A DNA stretch of 64,000 bases from Carcharhinus longimanus (lineage: Eukaryota). The DNA is taken from NCBI GenBank assembly GCA_030264375.1, contig JASCQW010000148.1, positions 25,447,726 through 25,511,725 on the forward strand. The letters are read 5' to 3'. Positions within the stretch are counted from its first letter, which is position 1. Every line of letters starts with the position of its first letter. Below are positions 52,017-64,000 of the stretch, piece by piece. Position numbers and translations under genes: made by a program. The notes under the pieces were generated by a model. It made no database searches. It was not told the DNA's origin and saw only the letters and a list, made by a program, of their open reading frames with translations.

Positions 52017-52624
52017 TGGGCCCGTTTTTACCATTGTCACAGGTGCGAAAATGGGGTAAAGTCAGGCATTAGGCCATTAACACGATCCATGCTCAAATTT
52101 TGAGGCCCAAAAATGGCTATGATCCAATTCATGCCATCCCAACAATCCCTAATATAGAATGAGCAGTGGGCACCTCTCCCACCATTACCAGTCAGCTCAC
52201 TTGGTTGGCCCCATACCATTGGGTTAAATCCCCTTGGCATTACCTAATGAACAATGCCAGGGTGACTTGTGGACAGTGCTAGTGTGCCAGGCTGGCAGTG
52301 TCAAATTGGCACTGTCCAAGGGACAATCTGCACCCAGATGTCCCAGTGTGTGGGGGATGGGTGGGGCTGGTGGGCTGCAGCCAAATGGTCTCTGTCCCCA
52401 CCAGCAGGGTGATCATGCCTGGTCCTTGTGGATGGGACCACTTTAATTCCTGCTGGGGAGATAAGTGAGTTTGAGGAATACCAGCCCAAGCTTGCAAATC
52501 ATATGGAAATTCACATTTTCCAGCACAAGGCTGATTGTGAGGCTCCCAGGCCCTTTTTTGACATCAGCTGGATGCTGGTTGCAAGTCCTGCTATAGGCCC
52601 CCAGGTTAAGAGAATCACCCCCCA
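52017..52624. mobile_element. Non-autonomous Harbinger-like MITE
   Basis: Ends gggcccgtttttacc and gagaatcacccccc. Internal gtgccaggctggcagtgtc motifs are shared with 30326-31436. Confidence 0.5.
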
Positions 52625-52887
52625 TCTTCTCATACTATGCCTCAGTCAACCATCACCCCTGTGCTCTGATTCACATTGGGTCCTGCTCTGACACTGCCTC
52701 ATTTTATAACACATTCTACTTTGTGCTCAGATTCCCTCCATGGTCTTCACTTTATTCAATTTTTTTAAAGTTCCCCCCAACACTACAACCCTGAGATATT
52801 CCTTCCAGAATTCTGACATGTTGAACTTTTTCATCACCACAATGTTGTCAGCATTGGATTGAGATTGCCTAGGCTCTGGACAGTACC

Positions 52888-53738
52888 AAGTCTCTCAGCA
52901 CCAGATTAAAGTCCAACAGGTTTAGTTGGCAACACAAGCTTTTGGAGTCTTGCTCCATCAGTTGAGTGAGGGCTTGTGTTCACAATAGGGCATATACAGA
53001 CACAATCTCAAATTACAAGATAATGGTTGGAATGCGAGTCTTTACAGGTAATGAGTGGAGAGAGGGCCAAGCACAAGTTAGAGGTGTGTATTGTCTCCAA
53101 CCAGGATAGTTAGTGAGATTTTGCAAGCCCAGGCAATTCATGGGGGTTAAAGATAATATGACATGAACCTAAGATCCCAGTTGAAACCATTCTCGTGTGA
53201 GTGGAACTTGGCTATCAGTTTCTGCTCACTGATTTTGCATTGTCGTGTGCATGAAGGCTGCTTTGGAGAATGCTTACCCAAAGATCAGAGGCTGAATGCC
53301 TGTGACTGTTGAAGTGTTCCCTGACTGGGAGGGAACACTCTTGTCTGGTGATTGGCGAGTGCTGCTCATTCATCCATTGCTGTACTGTCTGCATGGACTC
53401 CCCATTGTACTATGCCTTGGGATATCCTTTCTGTATCAGGTTGATAACATTGGCCAAGTTGCAAGAGTATGTACTGTATATCTGGTGAATGGTGTTGTCA
53501 TGTGAGATGATGGCACCTGTGTCAATGATCTGGCACATCCTGCAGAGGTTGCTGTGGCAGGGTTGTGTGGTGTCATGGTCAATGTCCCCCTGAAGGCTGG
53601 GTAGTTTGCAGCGGACAATGGTCTGTTTGAGGTTGTGTGGTTGTTTGAAGCAAGAAGTGAGGGTGGGGAATGGCCTTGGCGAGATGTTTGTCTTCATCAA
53701 TGACATGTTGAAGGCTCGGGAGAAGATGTTGTAGCTTC
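52888..53738 (-). mobile_element. Penelope-like retroelement 3' part (GIY-YIG endonuclease plus pLTR)
   Basis: FKQPHNLKQTIVRCKL..PCHSNLCRMCQII..YSCNLANVINLI..KA*YNGESMQTVQQWMNEQHS, followed by the pLTR shared with 46462, 36363, 24470 and 14370. Confidence 0.9.
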
Positions 53739-54249
53739 ACTTCATTATTTTTCTCCATTAATGGCTTTAGTAGACGTCTTATTTAACCACCTGTAGCACT
53801 GATTCAAAGTAATGGATAGGGTAACAGTACTAAATGAATTCTGCCACTGTTTCGCGTTTAAAGATTTTCTGTATATTTTGGGAAAACTCTAGTCTTGAAA
53901 AGCAATATAATCTTTGAAGGAGCTAAGCCACCACAGATTCACTTCAAAACTTATTTAAAATAACAGTTTAAAATTTATTACAGCATCTTTAAGATTTATG
54001 GGAGAAACCTCTCTTAAATCACTTGGATAAATGCCTGTCAGAGTCCAATGCATCTCCTTACTTTCAACAAAATCACACATTCAGAGGATGAAACGTATGA
54101 AAAAAACTTCAGAACATGTGGAATTGAAATGTTAGGGAATAACGAATGATTGCTAAAATGTTCTTCAACCTGCGTTCTAAAATTTAGTTCGGTCAATAAG
54201 TGACTGGAGCCCACAGAAAATTAAATTACTCATCAGGAGAGGTGAAAAC

Positions 54250-54541
54250 CTGGTGATATCGTTGTCTATCAATCTAGAAATTCAGCTAATGTTCTGGGTA
54301 CCCGGATTCGAATCTTGCCATGGCAGATGGTGGATTCGATTTAAAAAAAAGTGGAATGTAAGAATCTACTGATGACCATGAAACCATTGTCAATTGTTCG
54401 AAAAGCCCATCTGGTTCACTAATGTCCTTTAGGGAAGGACATGTGCCGTCCTTACCTGGTCTAGCCTACAAATAACACATTCAGCTGCCCTCCGAGGGCA
54501 ACTAGGAGCGATATCAATGTCCCATGAATTAATAAAAAAAA
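54250..54541 (+). mobile_element. tRNA-derived SINE (family B)
   Basis: B-box ggattcgaatct, body catctggttcactaatgtcctttagggaagga..gccgtccttacctggtct and A tail. Confidence 0.85.
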
Positions 54542-54795
54542 GCTGTATAACTAGAAATGGTGGACCAAATGCACATTGCTGTGCCTAAGTGGGTAATTAT
54601 ATAATTGTTCATAGCAAACCTAGGGCTCTATGTAAATGCAGCACATTTAAACAGGTTTTTTATGTTGAAAGGAGTTGTTTAATATTAATTAAATTAGATT
54701 TCTGTAAAAGGCAGTAGATTTAAAACACCATAATAAGTTATATGCATTTCCCCATGACTGATCTGCTCACATTGTTCTTTATTTCCCTCCAACAG

Positions 54796-54935
54796 CACTG
54801 GAAAATGCCATTGCAAAGAAGGGGTGTCCGGTCTGAAATGTAACCAGTGTCAGACCTTGCATTACAAGTTCACTGAAACTGGATGTAGGCCCTGTCAATG
54901 TAACAACCTCTCAAACTCATGCGACCATATAACTG
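54796..54935 (+). CDS. MEGF9: Internal coding exon with laminin-type EGF repeats, multiple EGF-like domains protein 9 (or MEGF9-like paralog)
   Basis: Acceptor ttctttatttccctccaacAG and donor G|GTAAGC. The 140 nt are 1 + 46 codons + 1: TGKCHCKEGVSGLKCNQCQTLHYKFTETGCRPCQCNNLSNSCDHIT(G). This aligns without gaps to human MEGF9 [47 protein letters not shown] as recalled, with all 8 Cys and the NxS sequon kept. Confidence 0.85.
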
Positions 54936-55584
54936 GTAAGCACTTGAAAATTCTCAACAGTGAATGACGTTTTGATGGTTGATACAAGATGAGATGTTGT
55001 GTATTACCAGAAAACATTACCTGTCATTCATATGTATAAATGTATTGCTTCTAAGCATTTAACGTATTCAGTTTTGTTAGCTGATGCATCTGTTGTGACA
55101 TTATTGGTATAAAAGAAAACAGCTGGCAGAATGAACTGCTTTATCATTGTGGAGTGCCCCAGAGTTACTTTGATTCAGTCTAAATATCTTAGCGGTGTAA
55201 CACTAATTGCTATCACCAGGCTTGTTCAGCACACTTAGGCCAATATACAATGAGAAAAATCACACTTGTTCAATATTTGAACCAACAATTGAACCACCAG
55301 TGAATTTATACAATCCAAAATGTTCTTTACAATCACACCCCAATTTAAGAGGGGGAGAAAAGCTCATAATTTTACTAATAGCTATTTTCCCTCAACAGAT
55401 CATGTATTATTCAACTTGATTGAAATTTCAGTAATCAAAATTGGATTTGCAAAGCTGAAGAGACCTTCTGCAAGATGCATAGCGAATACCAGAGAGTTAG
55501 GGGATAAATGCTTCATGTGATTTGGAGAAAAAGCAATCTTTGAAAGAGTAGTGACTTAAAGCTCTGTGACAGTCTTTTTGTTAT

Positions 55585-55752
55585 TTCAACAGCAACTTAT
55601 GTTTATTGGCACTAAAAAAGATATTAGGATGGATGATAGGGTTTTAGACTTCAGGAATGACCTTAAGAGGAGGAGAGCAAGTTGGAGATGTTTAGGATAG
55701 AAATTCCAGGTCTTGGGATGACACAGCTGATGGCATGGTTGCCAATGCTGGG
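55585..55752 (-). mobile_element. L2-type LINE 3' fragment
   Basis: gaaattccaggtcttggg..cagctgatggcatggttgccaatgctgg is homologous to about 4720-4780. Confidence 0.6.
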
Positions 55753-55754
55753 AC

Positions 55755-55960
55755 CCAGTTTTTTGGTTAAGATCAAGCATGGGTTCAAGGATGTGATTAG
55801 GTGGAAAGCCTGTTCCTGTCAGCTTGGAACTAATATGTCTCTTCTGTGGGGAACATGAATTGGATTAAATTTGAATTGGTATTTGAGCAAACAAGAGATG
55901 GATTAAGGGCTTACCTTACCCACTCTGCACATTGGCTTTGTAACTCGGGAAAGGATTTAA
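55755..55960 (+). mobile_element. U2 snRNA-derived repeat, same family as 6629-6907
   Basis: TTTTGGTTAAGATCAAG, CTGTTCCTGTCAGCTT and a 48-nt block (32/48 ungapped) follow U2 in order. 90/117 ungapped identity to 6773-6657. Confidence 0.8.
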
Positions 55961-56507
55961 AAATGGAGTGGAAAATCATATCATCAGTATGATTTTAAAC
56001 TTTCCCTTATGGTGGAATGTCTATTGTCTCAGGTTGTCATGTTTATTTAATTGCCCAGGAATATGGGATGATCTAAAATTTATCTTTGGCAGCACTGCAT
56101 GATTGTTAGCTCGAACAATAATCCACTGAGTTTTCTTTTTGCAGTAAAACTTTCTCCTACAGAGCGTGCTATCCCACAACTCAACCAAATCCAGTCTAAT
56201 TTTCAGAGATCAGGCAATTTTAACTAGCGTGGTGGTCAGGTTTTGGAACTACAGGCTATGCTCCTGTCCTGGCGTGCTGCACTAATAACATTACAGTAAA
56301 ATTAAATGAAGCTGTCAAGGAGTTAAATTCACAGCATAACAGGACTGAGAAATGCAAATTACAATTCAGGTAAAGTATCTGAATCAGGGCAGCAGAAATT
56401 AGTTTAGATATTCCCAAACAAAACATAAGGAAAGCAAATTTTATTATTGTTTTATAATGTTTTTGGACTGTTTTATGCTTCAGGTAAATAGATATATTTA
56501 CAATGTG

Positions 56508-57319
56508 TTGTGACCACGTGAAGAGGGATGAAGTGACCTTCCTATTCTTCTATTCCAGGTTTGATTATAACAGGGTTTAATATGAATCTGTAAGGATGTG
56601 CTTTGCCAATTCTATAAGAGTCCCATCATTTACCCTTTCCAATAGTAAAGAATTAGCCAGATATATTTTCTTTCTTTTAACAAAGAACAAGATAAGTTCA
56701 TTGAAACTATTTCCTGAACTTAAAAAGATTCTAAGTAAACCACAACCATCATTCATCAAACATATTCAGCTGGGCCATAAATACAGTTGGCAGAGTAAGA
56801 GGATTGGCTTATAAGATTTTTATAGTTTATGAAAACTAAATCAGAGGGACATACAGCTAGCTGTTCCTTGGCTGGTCTCAATGCATTCCACGTTGTAACT
56901 GTTTTGTTCACTTGCCTTCCTGGATGTCGTTGTATGGAGAAAACCTTCATCTTTTATTCCAAAGAGTCACCATTCACAGTAGATTTCTCTTTTCGGGATG
57001 GCTACTTTGCAAAACTGGGCACAATACGTCTGAGAGAGAGGCAGAGGATGCACACAGCTTCAAATCTATGTTCAGAACAGCATTGTCTTTTAACCTCTCT
57101 CTCCCAATTGGCAGGCAGTCCTCAATAGTACCTTGCAGGCTGTATACTCCAGAGAAATTCTATTAGTTTGTGTTTGCTGCAGTTACTGTTTCCAAACAGG
57201 TAATTTAGTTTTGATGTCTTATCTCAAACATTTTATAAAATCTCAGGCTGGTGCAAAGCTGATAGGAGATGGGGCTCTTTCATGCTCCTTAGGGAATTGA
57301 GTGTCTGTTACACCTCACA
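56508..57319. mobile_element. Possible solo LTR
   Basis: tgtgac...ctcaca termini about 0.8 kb apart, no clear target-site duplication. Confidence 0.3.
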
Positions 57320-58872
57320 TCCCACTAAGTAGAATATGTGTGTGTGTGTATTCTCACTGCATAGCATTTTCCAGTGTTTTATTTTTGAAAGTCCAACCAG
57401 AGAAAAGAATATTTGCAAGATCAGCTGTTTTGTTGGTTGCTGACATTTCGGTCACATGTACATTCATTTTCTAAAGTTACATTGTGATTTAGATTCAAAG
57501 GCGTACAAGCATTCACCAATAGCAGAATACAAAATAGTGCCATGGATTTAAGTTGTTTATAATATGGTGAACATTTTTGACTAGTAGTCTGATTCTTTCA
57601 TAACCTGAAATATAATTTAAGATAATTGTCAAAATAGCCAGAGGCAGAATGAGGAGTTTTTAAATTTGTAAACACAGCAATTTATTGTGGGCTGGAATAC
57701 ACTGCTTGAAAACATGTTGGAAGTGAACAAATATTTGCCAAGGGGTAAATCTTTCAAAGAGCCAAATATGAGCAGAATGGGTTTCTGAGCTCCTTCTATG
57801 TTGTATCATTTTATATTGAATTGTAAGGGAAGATAGCATAGAAGGCAAAACTGCTGCCCAAGGTTATTTACTATGAATGACTAATGTTGCTGCTCAGATG
57901 CAGATCTAGAACAACCAGAAAATATGAGTTCAGAATAACATACACAAAACAAACGTAAATCAAGATTGCTATTGAGGATGCCAGCTTAATTCTGGCTTTG
58001 GATCAATGCATTTGGTCAAACTGTTTTGGATATGATATTTCAGTTGGATCTGAATAGACTGACCTGCTATTTCCTAACTATCTGCTTGTCCAATCTTTCT
58101 TAATCCCTGCCAATGGACTCTATGCCCTACTGCACTATAATACTGCCAATTTACAAGCACCTTGTAAAAAGCTACTCAACTCCTAAGAACAGCCTAAAGT
58201 CAAGTAAGGGTCACTATATTGGCAGAAGTTCCACTGGAGTTAAAAGAAAGCTCATTACCAAATAGCTTGCGTATTGGAATTTCAGTGAAAGCCCTGTTTG
58301 AGTCAGATAAATACAAAGCACACAATTGGAAGTCATTGTAATGCATACTTTTAGAATGACTCTGGTGCTGCAGAGATGCTTAATCAAAGTTGCAAACAAA
58401 GAGCTGCTGGAAGCTGAAGTACATGCAGAGGAGGGAGAGAGACAGCAACAACACGATAGCTTCAATCTGTAGCTTGTCGCCCAGTTTTAAGGAAGCCAGT
58501 TTTAACACAAGTGCCTTAGCAATTCAAGAGGCATTAGAAGCTTATAAAGGAAGAAGCAACTAAATCACGATGAAATTTCCAAAGAAAAGTTAGATTCTAT
58601 TGCTGCCTAGAATATTATGACAATACTACTTTTGCTTTTGAAATATTCCTATGAACAATTGATGCAACTCTTATATTGTTTTGAAGAGAAGCTGTATGAT
58701 CTGAATCTGAGCACTAATGACTGTACATCCTGGCTGTCTGGATTTAATAATTCACTGTGATCTCCATAAATTCCGTTAATCAGGTACCAAGGATCCAAAA
58801 TGACAAAGTATTACTTCATTATACTGAAGACTAGTGAAGTTTTCAGGACCTCAAAAGTCCCTTAAATAATTT

Positions 58873-59180
58873 GGCATGGTGGCACAGTGATCAGAATTGC
58901 TGCCTCACAGTGTCAGGGACCAGGATTCTGGCCTTGGGTGACAGTGTGAAGTTTGTGCTTTCTCCCTTTCTTTGAACGGGTTTCCTCTGGGTGCTCCGGT
59001 TTCCTCCCGTGGTCCAAAGATGTGCAGGTCAGGTGAATTGGCAATGCCAAATTGCCCCTTAGCGTCCCAAGATTAGGGGGATTAGCAGGATAAATAGTAA
59101 GATAAGCATGGGTAAGAGTCGGTGCAGACTTGATGGGCCAAATGGCGGCCTTCTGCACAGAAGGGATTCTATGATTCTAT
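58873..59180 (+). mobile_element. HE1 SINE
   Basis: ggcatggtggcacagtg..gggtgctccggtttcctccc..gggattctatgattctat. Confidence 0.9.
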
Positions 59181-59555
59181 AAATTATTAGATATCTGAAA
59201 ATTAGACATGAAGACCTGAATGGATTTGGATACGGAATCCTGAATTTAACAGCCATAGGAACAAAGTGTAGCATCTCAAGTATCATTTTAGCCATAATTT
59301 CTAAATACATGTGAGGCATACCATCGGTTAATGTGAGTATGTCCCAGTTTTTATAATCGATATTTTCTGCGTTTTAATATCACCGACCACTCCACTTTGT
59401 GTCTCCTACAAAGTTCCTTTCTTTGTCGCATATCTGGGTGTTTGATCTTGGGGATTACAATAGATTTATTTTATTTCCCAGCTTTTGACTGCTATCATAT
59501 ACTGCCATATCACATATTCTTCTCTCCCAATATTCATTCCATCCATCCTCCATTT

Positions 59556-59690
59556 CAGCTATGGCTCAATTGGTAGTACTCTCACCTCTCAATCCGAAGG
59601 TCACGAGTTCAAATTGGAGTCTCACTCTGGTGCAGTAGTGAGGGAGTGCTTTTTTTAGATGAGATGTGCTGACCTTCTTCTCTCCTGAGG
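59556..59690 (+). mobile_element. DeuSINE tRNA-like head fragment
   Basis: cagctatggctcaattggtagtactctcacctct..gagttcaaat..gtgcagtagtgagggagtgct..agatgagatg. Confidence 0.6.
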
Positions 59691-60307
59691 GCGTTAGCTA
59701 TTTAGTTTCTAATCATCGTATCGGACAGAGACCTCAGGCTATAAACTGGTTGAACTTGCACTATATTTGTTAGTAATATTGGAGCACACAAAACACACAA
59801 GTGGGCCAGAATCCATTGCTAATCTCCAAGGCAGTAACATACCATGCTTGTGGGCTTGCTTCATCATGATCTCCAGGGCTGGTCATAACTGTGGGTGCGG
59901 TTAATGAGGTAACTTTGTTTAATTCTCAATAATCAATCGTTAATCGCCAGGAACTGTCAGGCTTCCTGATCGGCCAGACACATTGATGCCACAAGTTGCG
60001 ATACTTCCTGCTAGAACAGACTTATTACTTGCAAAATTTTGTTTTTGTTTGTTTGGGAAACCTATCCTGTTTCTGTGGTTTTGGGTTGGGGCTATTTATG
60101 ACCACCTCACCCATTGTTGCCCACATTTATGCTCAAAGTCATGTTTATGCTTGGCAAAGACAAATGTATGCTGTTTGATAATTTCCTGCAATTCCAAATT
60201 GTCAAACACATCTAAGGATTTTACCCACAACTGATCAATCGTATAAATTCTTTCAGAGTATGTTCCAGCAGGAACCTCTATCGGGGCCTCAGCTATTTCC
60301 CCCGTGT

Positions 60308-60638
60308 GGGCGACATGGTAGCACAATGGTTAGCACTGCTGCTTCACAGCTCCAGGGGTCTGGGTTCAATTCCTGACTTGGGCCACTGTCTGTGTGGAGT
60401 TTGCACATTTTACTCCTGTCTGCGTGGGTTTTCTCCAGATGCTGTAGTTTCCTCCCACAGTGCAAAGATGTGCAGGTTAGGTTGATTGGCCATGCTAAAT
60501 TGCCCCTTAGTGTCCTGAAACGCATAGATTAGAGGGATTAGCGGGTAGACTATGTAGGGATATGGGAGTAGGGCCTGGGTGGGATTGTGGTCGGTGCTGA
60601 CTCGATGGCCTCTTTCTGCACTATAGGGATTCTATGAT
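60308..60638 (+). mobile_element. HE1 SINE, full length
   Basis: gggcgacatggtagcacaatggttagcactgctgcttcacagctccagg..gggttcaattcc..gggattctatgat. Confidence 0.9.
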
Positions 60639-61289
60639 CTGCCAAATGCAGTAGTTCACTGGGTCAAATGACAAGTTACATTTCCTCATCAGGTCAGTGC
60701 CAAGAATATGTTCGACTTCAGGATGTAACTAATATTGCCGGGTGATAACAGACAAGGCCCCCCAGCCTAAAGTCTAAAAGGCTAGTTTGAAATCTCTCTT
60801 GAGAATGGCCTGTAAATTTGCTTAATATAATGGTTCTTTTAATGCACTGAGATAGATTCATTTCTCTGGATATGTTAAGGGTGGTGCAGGATCCCCAAGT
60901 GCCCCATAAAAATTTGGTGGGGTGGCCTCCTATCTCACCGTCTACTAGTGGTTGCCCCACACCATCCCATTTGGTATTACGCACCTATACCAGAGAGGCC
61001 CAACACCATCGTGCGGTAATACTTTATCTCGAAAGTTGAGGCTACGAGGAGTGTTATGGTAATTGGTTATGGGTGAATGCCTGTGCTTGTCCCTGGGGTC
61101 CCTCCAGCAGCAGGGTCCAGGCTGCAGCTCCTGAGGGAATGAGCAAGGTGCTCAGCATTCCCTGGCACAGTGATCTGGATGGCACAGTGATTANNNNNNN
61201 NNNNNNNNNNNNNNNNNNNNNNNNNNNNNNNNNNNNNNNNNNNNNNNNNNNNNNNNNNNNCTGTGGGGATGTTCCCCCCTGGCTCGAGT

Positions 61290-62200
61290 TACACCCCCCT
61301 ACCCCTTTCTCCTGGGTCTGCCCTGTTATTACCTCCTGCAGTCAATATGGTGCCCTTCATTTCCTGAAGGATTCCACCTCCAGTGTTCTGAGATCAAGTG
61401 ATGTTGAATGGACCGAGACATTTAAACACATCAGCAGGAGTTTCTTTCTCTTCTGCATTGTCAAGCCCATGCAAGGCTCTTCACTGATGAACGCGATCAA
61501 GAAGATTGTGTGAGAATTGGAAGAGGGTTTGAACACAAGGATCATTTTCAATATCTCTAACAACTTAGCGACTTTAAATGGCGTAGTATAGGTTCCAGGG
61601 TGTTGATTATTCTCTGGGCTTGTATCTGTTCGTGATTGGTTTATGGGAATGGGTTCTGATGTTGCTGAGGGCATTGGACTCTCTGTCCGGGGGGAGGAGG
61701 TACCCACTCCCATTCCTGATCTCCCTCTCTTTCCCTATAACTCTGTGCTGCCTTCTCTAATTCTCCTCAATCAACCTTGTCATTCTCCTCATTATGTTCA
61801 TTTGGTGCTGCATCACGGAATGCACAAATCATACCTTTCTGAATTAGTAGTTGTGACTTAAGTTTGTCAGTGTCCTGTGACCTTTTGAATGGTTTACAGT
61901 TTCATATTTGTCTTCCCTATTTGTTTTATGGCAGACTTCAACTGCTGCCTGTAGACTGACGCATTTATCGATGAGTTTAACAATATCCTGATTGGCAGAA
62001 TCGTGTTCACTAATGGCTCTTTTTCCTGATAAACTCTTTCGCACTGGGCTTGAAACTGATTCATATGCACTAAGTTTTTTCGAACTTTCTACTTCCCCAC
62101 AAGCACTCTCTGGCTTAATTCCAACTTTTCTTGTTTCAGGACTTGTACTTCCTGTTTTAATTTGCTGTTCTCTATTTTGACTTCATTTAATTGTCATCAA
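61290..62200 (-). mobile_element. Decayed gag-like ORF of an LTR retroelement or endogenous retrovirus-like element
   Basis: Frameshift-corrected reading gives coiled-coil-like DIVKLIDKCVSLQAAVEVCH, a Pro/Ser linker, then YTTPFKVAKLLEILK..FLDRVHQ*RALHGLDNAEE..KKLLLMCL..QNTGGGILQEMKGTIL. Assigned from recalled shark LTR-element proteins. Confidence 0.5.
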
Positions 62201-62204
62201 CAAC

Positions 62205-62288
62205 TCAAAGAACAAAGAAAATTACAGCACAGGAACAGGCCCTTCAGCCCTCCAAGCCTGCACTGACCATGCTGCCCAGCTTAACTAA
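62205..62288 (-). mobile_element. CR1/HER1 3' end running into gap
   Basis: aaagaacaaagaaaattacagcacaggaacaggcccttcagccctccaagcc is the reverse complement of about 21545-21600. Confidence 0.85.
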
Positions 62289-63634
62289 NNNNNNNNNNNN
62301 NNNNNNNNNNNNNNNNNNNNNNNNNNNNNNNNNNNNNNNNNNNNNNNNNNNNNNNNNNNNNNNNNNNNNNNNNNNNNNNNNNNNNNNNGGTGCTAGGGAT
62401 GTGCTTTGGAAGGACTGGGGCGTACAAGAAAACTGGAAGGTGTGATTTGCCATGCTAAATAAAAACTGAGCTTGTGGGAGCGACTCTCGCTCATTATTTC
62501 AGCTAATAACCTGGACATTAGGCACGTGACACTCTTGGCAGGTCTGGCCCATTCCTTATTCCTGTGCTGCAGTGATCACCTGTAAGAAGGATGTAGAATA
62601 ACTTGAGATTAAAGGGCTAATAGATCAGGATAGATTAGATCAGACTGAATAGAATATTAAAAGTCACAAAGTGCCTGGAATATAATTTACAAAGGTACTA
62701 TTTGTATAGAGACATATAACCACTGTTAGAGAATTTAGACATGTATTTTTGAAAACATCTTATATTCTGTATTAAAAGCATGCACCTTGGCTAATGACAT
62801 GATGTTTAAGGCATGTTGAGCTGTAATCAAGTAAAAAGAACCACCTTTCTCAGAACAATGCAGCTACTAAGCTAAGGGATGAGCAATTCTTATCAGTGTC
62901 TCTTTAGTCTGCATATTCACTCACTGAGGACAATGCCAGAGGTTTCAGTCAATCCCAGAAGTCTCAGGCAGTTTAATGAATAGGTCATACATTACACAAA
63001 ATAAGACGGTCTGGGAAGAGTGTCAGGTGACTGTGAGAAAGACTCACATAGTTAAATGTTGTCAGAGGGTACATGTTATTGGTCAAGGTAAATAATCAAT
63101 ACTAATAATGATTGACTCATACTTGGCTTGGGTGAGCAAAGGGTGGGCAAATGACTTTCAAAAATTATACAATTGTAATATAGAGAGTGATGTAATTTCA
63201 GAGAGATTTGGAATGTCCCAAATCTGTCTCCCTTGGATGTTGAACCAGCTTGGAAAATAAAGATACATCTTTAACCAGAGTACTGTCTCCGCAATTCTTT
63301 GTGTAAGCTGATCGTAAGCGAGTGAAAACCAGCAGAATACACTGTCTCTGAAAACCACTCCTACATGACCCAAGCCATCTTCTATTTTATCCAGGGGTCA
63401 AAAATGGACTGTGTTCACAGGGATACAATGCACAAACTTCAAAAATATACACATCCTGAAGGCCACCTGTGTGTGCAGCTGTGTCAAGCTGTGCATGGAC
63501 CTTCAATAAACAATCAAGTGTCACTATGTTCTGAGTTTCTATCTGTTCTCAGTGTTGCAAAGGATAGGTCTGACCACATTACCACAAAAGGCTCTAAGCA
63601 GATGGACCATCCCAAAAGAAGAATTAAATTTTAT

Positions 63635-63719
63635 TGCACATTTTGTTGTTTACAATTTGAAATATTTTGTAACATAGTTTTGCAAATTTTATGAATAAAA
63701 TATATTTTTGGAATAAAAC
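63635..63719 (+). mobile_element. Possible L1/Tx1 3' tail remnant
   Basis: T-rich stretch ending ttttatgaataaaatatatttttggaataaaa (polyA signal plus A tail). Family assignment is from memory. Confidence 0.3.
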
Positions 63720-64000
63720 AGTTATGTTCCACAAGGTTGCTCACAGAAGTGCTCACATGTGAATCTTTTTTCAGTCTAGGACACACAACAAGAACCTTCT
63801 GATGTGATGAATGTGTAATTCCTGCAGATTTAGGTAAGGTATAATTACATACCAGCACAACATCAATTTTGTTTCTCTCTCCACAAATGGTTCGGATTGC
63901 CGGTGGTTACATATTGGTAACATCATCATGCGCTGGATGACGTTATCATGTAGTCAAATGAAATCACCACACATGGGGTGACATCATCACATTTGGGGAT

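Noticed and set aside
63395-63560. Possible next MEGF9 exon after tctattttatccAG
   Set aside because: I did not find a laminin-EGF cysteine pattern in the downstream translation.

Overview
This is repeat-dense vertebrate genomic DNA from a draft assembly with many N gaps, mostly about 100 N long. The repeat set (HE1/V-SINEs, DeuSINEs, CR1/HER1, L2, Rex1/Babar, RTE, Penelope, Gypsy, Harbinger) points to a shark or other chondrichthyan; that is an inference from remembered repeat families. Only one host coding feature is supported: a 140-nt + strand exon at 54796-54935 encoding laminin-type EGF repeats and matching MEGF9 or a MEGF9-like paralog. The rest of the window is therefore probably long introns. 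The ORF track is essentially noise or decayed transposon sequence. The most notable observation is a candidate spliceosomal-snRNA-derived SINE family. One copy (6629-6907, minus) is a 279-bp U1-U1-U2 chimera with an A-rich tail and a 6-bp target-site duplication. A second U2-derived copy (55755-55960, plus) shares the same non-U2 insertions. The first copy, lying antisense, also supplies a perfect 5' splice site and a plausible acceptor on the host sense strand. All family assignments were made by eye from recalled consensus sequences, with no database search, and repeat boundaries are approximate.
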